NCBI GenBank assembly: GCA_965644315.1
Contig: CBFFRQ010000163.1
Location: forward strand, 1 to 35,793
From: Caecitellus pseudoparvulus
Lineage: Eukaryota; Protista; Bigyra: Bicosoecida
Reading direction: 5' to 3'
Length of the DNA: 35,793 bases
This document shows positions 33,541-35,793 of this stretch, piece by piece. The position numbers and the translations under genes were made by a program. Numbering within the stretch: position 1 is the stretch's first letter; the number at the start of each line of letters is the position of its first letter. Below the pieces are notes generated by a model. The model had not been told where the DNA came from. It was given only the letters and a program-made list of their open reading frames with translations, and did not search any database.

Positions 33541-35793
33541 ATGGCAACTTGTGATGATCCGGAAAATCTCACAGCCCAGTGGGAAGCCGCCTGTGAAGAG
33601 GAGGATGCAGATCGGCTGTGGCACATCTTGCTACAAGTCAGCGCTCAGACTGCCACTATGGCCGAGGCACTGGCGAGTTCAAACACAACAGCTGGGTTTC
33701 AGGTTGCGTGTCGAAAGGGCCATTTGGAGTTGATGTGTGGGTTACTGACTCAAACAGGTGGCCTGGAGGTGGATGTGAACGGGACAGATGGCAGGTGGCC
33801 TGAAGCCGCCTTCCGAGAGGCATGTGCCAATGGCCACACAGACATCGTGCGTGAGCTGCTGGGCCTGACTGGGGCGCGGGCAGTGGATGTGCACGCAGGG
33901 GATGGGGCTGGACCTGAGGCCGCTTTCCGAGAGGCATGTGCCAATGGCCATACAGACATTGTGCGTGAGCTGCTGGGCCTGACTGGGGCGCGGGAAGTAG
34001 ATGTTCACGTAGCGGATAGGGATGGACCTGAGGCCGCCTTCCGATCGGCATGCCGCAATGGCCACACAGACATCGTGCGTGAGCTGCTGGGCCTCTCTGG
34101 TGCGCGGGAAGTGGATGTGCACGCGGCAGATCAGCGTGGACCTGAAGCCGCACTCCGGGATGCATGCGCCAATGGCCACACACACGTCGTACGTGAGCTG
34201 CTGGCCCTCACTGGTGCGCGGGAAGTGGATGTGCACGCGGCAGATCAGCGTGGACCTGAAGCCGCACTCCGAGATGCATGCGCCAAGGGCCACACAGACA
34301 TCGTGCGTGAGCTGTTGGCCCTCTCTGGTGCGCGGGAAGTGGATGTGCACGCGGCAGATCAGCGTGGACCTGAAGCCGCACTCCGAGATGCATGCGCCAA
34401 GGGCCACACAGACATCGTGCGTGAGCTGCTGGGCCTGACTGGGGCGCGTGCAGTGGATGTGCACGCGGCGGCTTGGCATGGACCTGAGGCTGCCTTCCGA
34501 GCAGCATGCACCAATGGCCACACCGACATCGTGCGTGAGCTGTTGGCTCTCACAGGGGATCGGGAAGTCGATGTGCACGCGACGGATTGGGGTGGACCTG
34601 AGGCCGCCTTCCGACACGCATGCGAGAATGGCCATACAGACATCGTGCGTGAGCTGCTGGGCCTCTCTGGTGCGCGGGAAGTGGATGTGCACGCGGCGAA
34701 TGGGAATGGACCTGAGTACGCCTTTCGAGAAGCATGCGCCAATGGCCACACAGACATTGTGCGTGAGCTGCTGGCCCTCACTGGTGCGCGGGCAGTGGAT
34801 GTGCACGCGGACGCTTGGGGTGGACCTGAGGCCCCCTTCCGAGAGGCATGCGCCAATGGCCACACAGGCATCGTGCGTGAGCTGCTGGGCCTCACTGGGG
34901 CGCGTGCTGTGGATGTACACGCGACGGATGCGCTTGGACCTGAGGCCGCCTTCCGATGTGCATGCCGCAATGGCCACACCGACATCGTCTTTGAGCTGCT
35001 GGCCTTCACTGGTGCTCGGGAGGTGGATGTGCACGCGGCGGATTGGGGTGGACCTGAAGCCGCCTTCCGAGAGGCATGCCGCAATGGCCATACAGACATT
35101 GTGCGTGAGCTGCTCGGTCTGACTGGGGCGCGGGCAGTGGATGTTCACGCGGCGGATAGACATGGACCTGAGGCCGCCTTCCGAGAGGCATGTGCCAAGG
35201 GCCACACAGACATCGTACGTGAGCTGTTGGGTCTGACTGGGGCGCGGGCAGTGGATGTGCACGCGGTGAAAAAACTTAAAGTTGACTGTATCTATACAGG
35301 TATTTGCTCCGAGGCCGCCTTCAGAGACGCATGCGCCAATGGCCACACAGGCATCGTGCGTGAGCTGCTGGCCCTCTCTGGGGCGCGGGCAGTGGATGTT
35401 CACGTAGCGGATAGGGATGGACCTGAGGCCGCCTTCAGAGAGGCATGCGCCAATGGCCACACAGACATCGTGCGTGAGCTGTTGGCCCTCTCTGGTGCGC
35501 GGGCAGTGGATGTTCACGCAGCGGATAGGGCTGGAACTGAGTACGCCTTCCGACGGGCATGCGCCAATGGCCACACACACGTCGTGCGTGAGCTGTTGGC
35601 CCTCTCTGGGGCGCGGGCAGTGGATGTTCATGTAGCGGATAGGGATGGACCTGAGTACGCCTTCCGACGGGCATGCCGCAATGGCCACACAGACGTCGTG
35701 CGTGACCTGCTGGGCCTGACTGGGGCGCGGGCAGTGGATGTTCATGTAGCGGATAGGGATGGACCTGAGGCCGCCTTCCGATCGGCATGCGAG
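33541..35793 (+). CDS. Ankyrin-repeat protein with at least 18 near-identical 114-bp (38-aa) repeats; runs off the window end
   Basis: Absent from the ORF track because there is no stop in the window. ATG 33541 (MATCDDPENLTAQWEAAC), then open VDVHAxxxxGPEAAFRxACxNGHTDIVRELLxLxGARx repeats. Confidence 0.92.
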   Translation, partial: MATCDDPENLTAQWEAACEEEDADRLWHILLQVSAQTATMAEALASSNTTAGFQVACRKGHLELMCGLLTQTGGLEVDVNGTDGRWPEAAFREACANGHTDIVRELLGLTGARAVDVHAGDGAGPEAAFREACANGHTDIVRELLGLTGAREVDVHVADRDGPEAAFRSACRNGHTDIVRELLGLSGAREVDVHAADQRGPEAALRDACANGHTHVVRELLALTGAREVDVHAADQRGPEAALRDACAKGHTDIVRELLALSGAREVDVHAADQRGPEAALRDACAKGHTDIVRELLGLTGARAVDVHAAAWHGPEAAFRAACTNGHTDIVRELLALTGDREVDVHATDWGGPEAAFRHACENGHTDIVRELLGLSGAREVDVHAANGNGPEYAFREACANGHTDIVRELLALTGARAVDVHADAWGGPEAPFREACANGHTGIVRELLGLTGARAVDVHATDALGPEAAFRCACRNGHTDIVFELLAFTGAREVDVHAADWGGPEAAFREACRNGHTDIVRELLGLTGARAVDVHAADRHGPEAAFREACAKGHTDIVRELLGLTGARAVDVHAVKKLKVDCIYTGICSEAAFRDACANGHTGIVRELLALSGARAVDVHVADRDGPEAAFREACANGHTDIVRELLALSGARAVDVHAADRAGTEYAFRRACANGHTHVVRELLALSGARAVDVHVADRDGPEYAFRRACRNGHTDVVRDLLGLTGARAVDVHVADRDGPEAAFRSACE

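Noticed and set aside
35266-35299. GT...AG mini-intron in the ankyrin insert
   Set aside because: Removing 34 nt would break the frame, whereas retaining it keeps the frame open.
33742-35745. 667-aa minus-strand Cys/His-rich repeat ORF
   Set aside because: Antisense shadow of the + strand ankyrin gene. The same applies to 13936-14934, 16352-17605 and 26591-28312.
33769-35793. CRISPR-like repeat/variable-spacer pattern
   Set aside because: The 114-bp period is coding, in frame and ankyrin-like, in a eukaryotic context with no cas genes.

Overview
Left end of a eukaryotic chromosome, probably from a GC-rich protist. About 0.87 kb of (CCCTAA)n telomere is followed by a head-to-tail stack of at least six telomere-targeted retroelement units (875-9395). 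All lie on the + (C-rich) strand, none has a poly(A) tail, and each ends in TGCATTG-N(0-7)-|CTAACC at the same repeat phase. One unit is apparently near full length (~7.7 kb). It encodes a ~2,250-aa polyprotein: RRM-like region, putative Josephin/papain-like Cys protease, APE endonuclease, RT and CCHC knuckle. Its 3' end is a covarying multi-helix RNA structure that closes directly against the telomeric sequence, reminiscent of a telomerase-RNA template boundary. Inward lie an AT-rich palindromic island and a subtelomeric mosaic: an RCC1-repeat surface protein, two 38-aa ankyrin-repeat paralogs, a decayed Cys-rich multi-TM gene, a Crinkler/RHS-like NTPase+REase gene with two introns, a truncated FN3-like gene and a decayed DDE transposase. 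All calls come from reading motifs by eye; no searches were run. Several +1 frameshifts fall in G/C homopolymers and may be sequencing errors.
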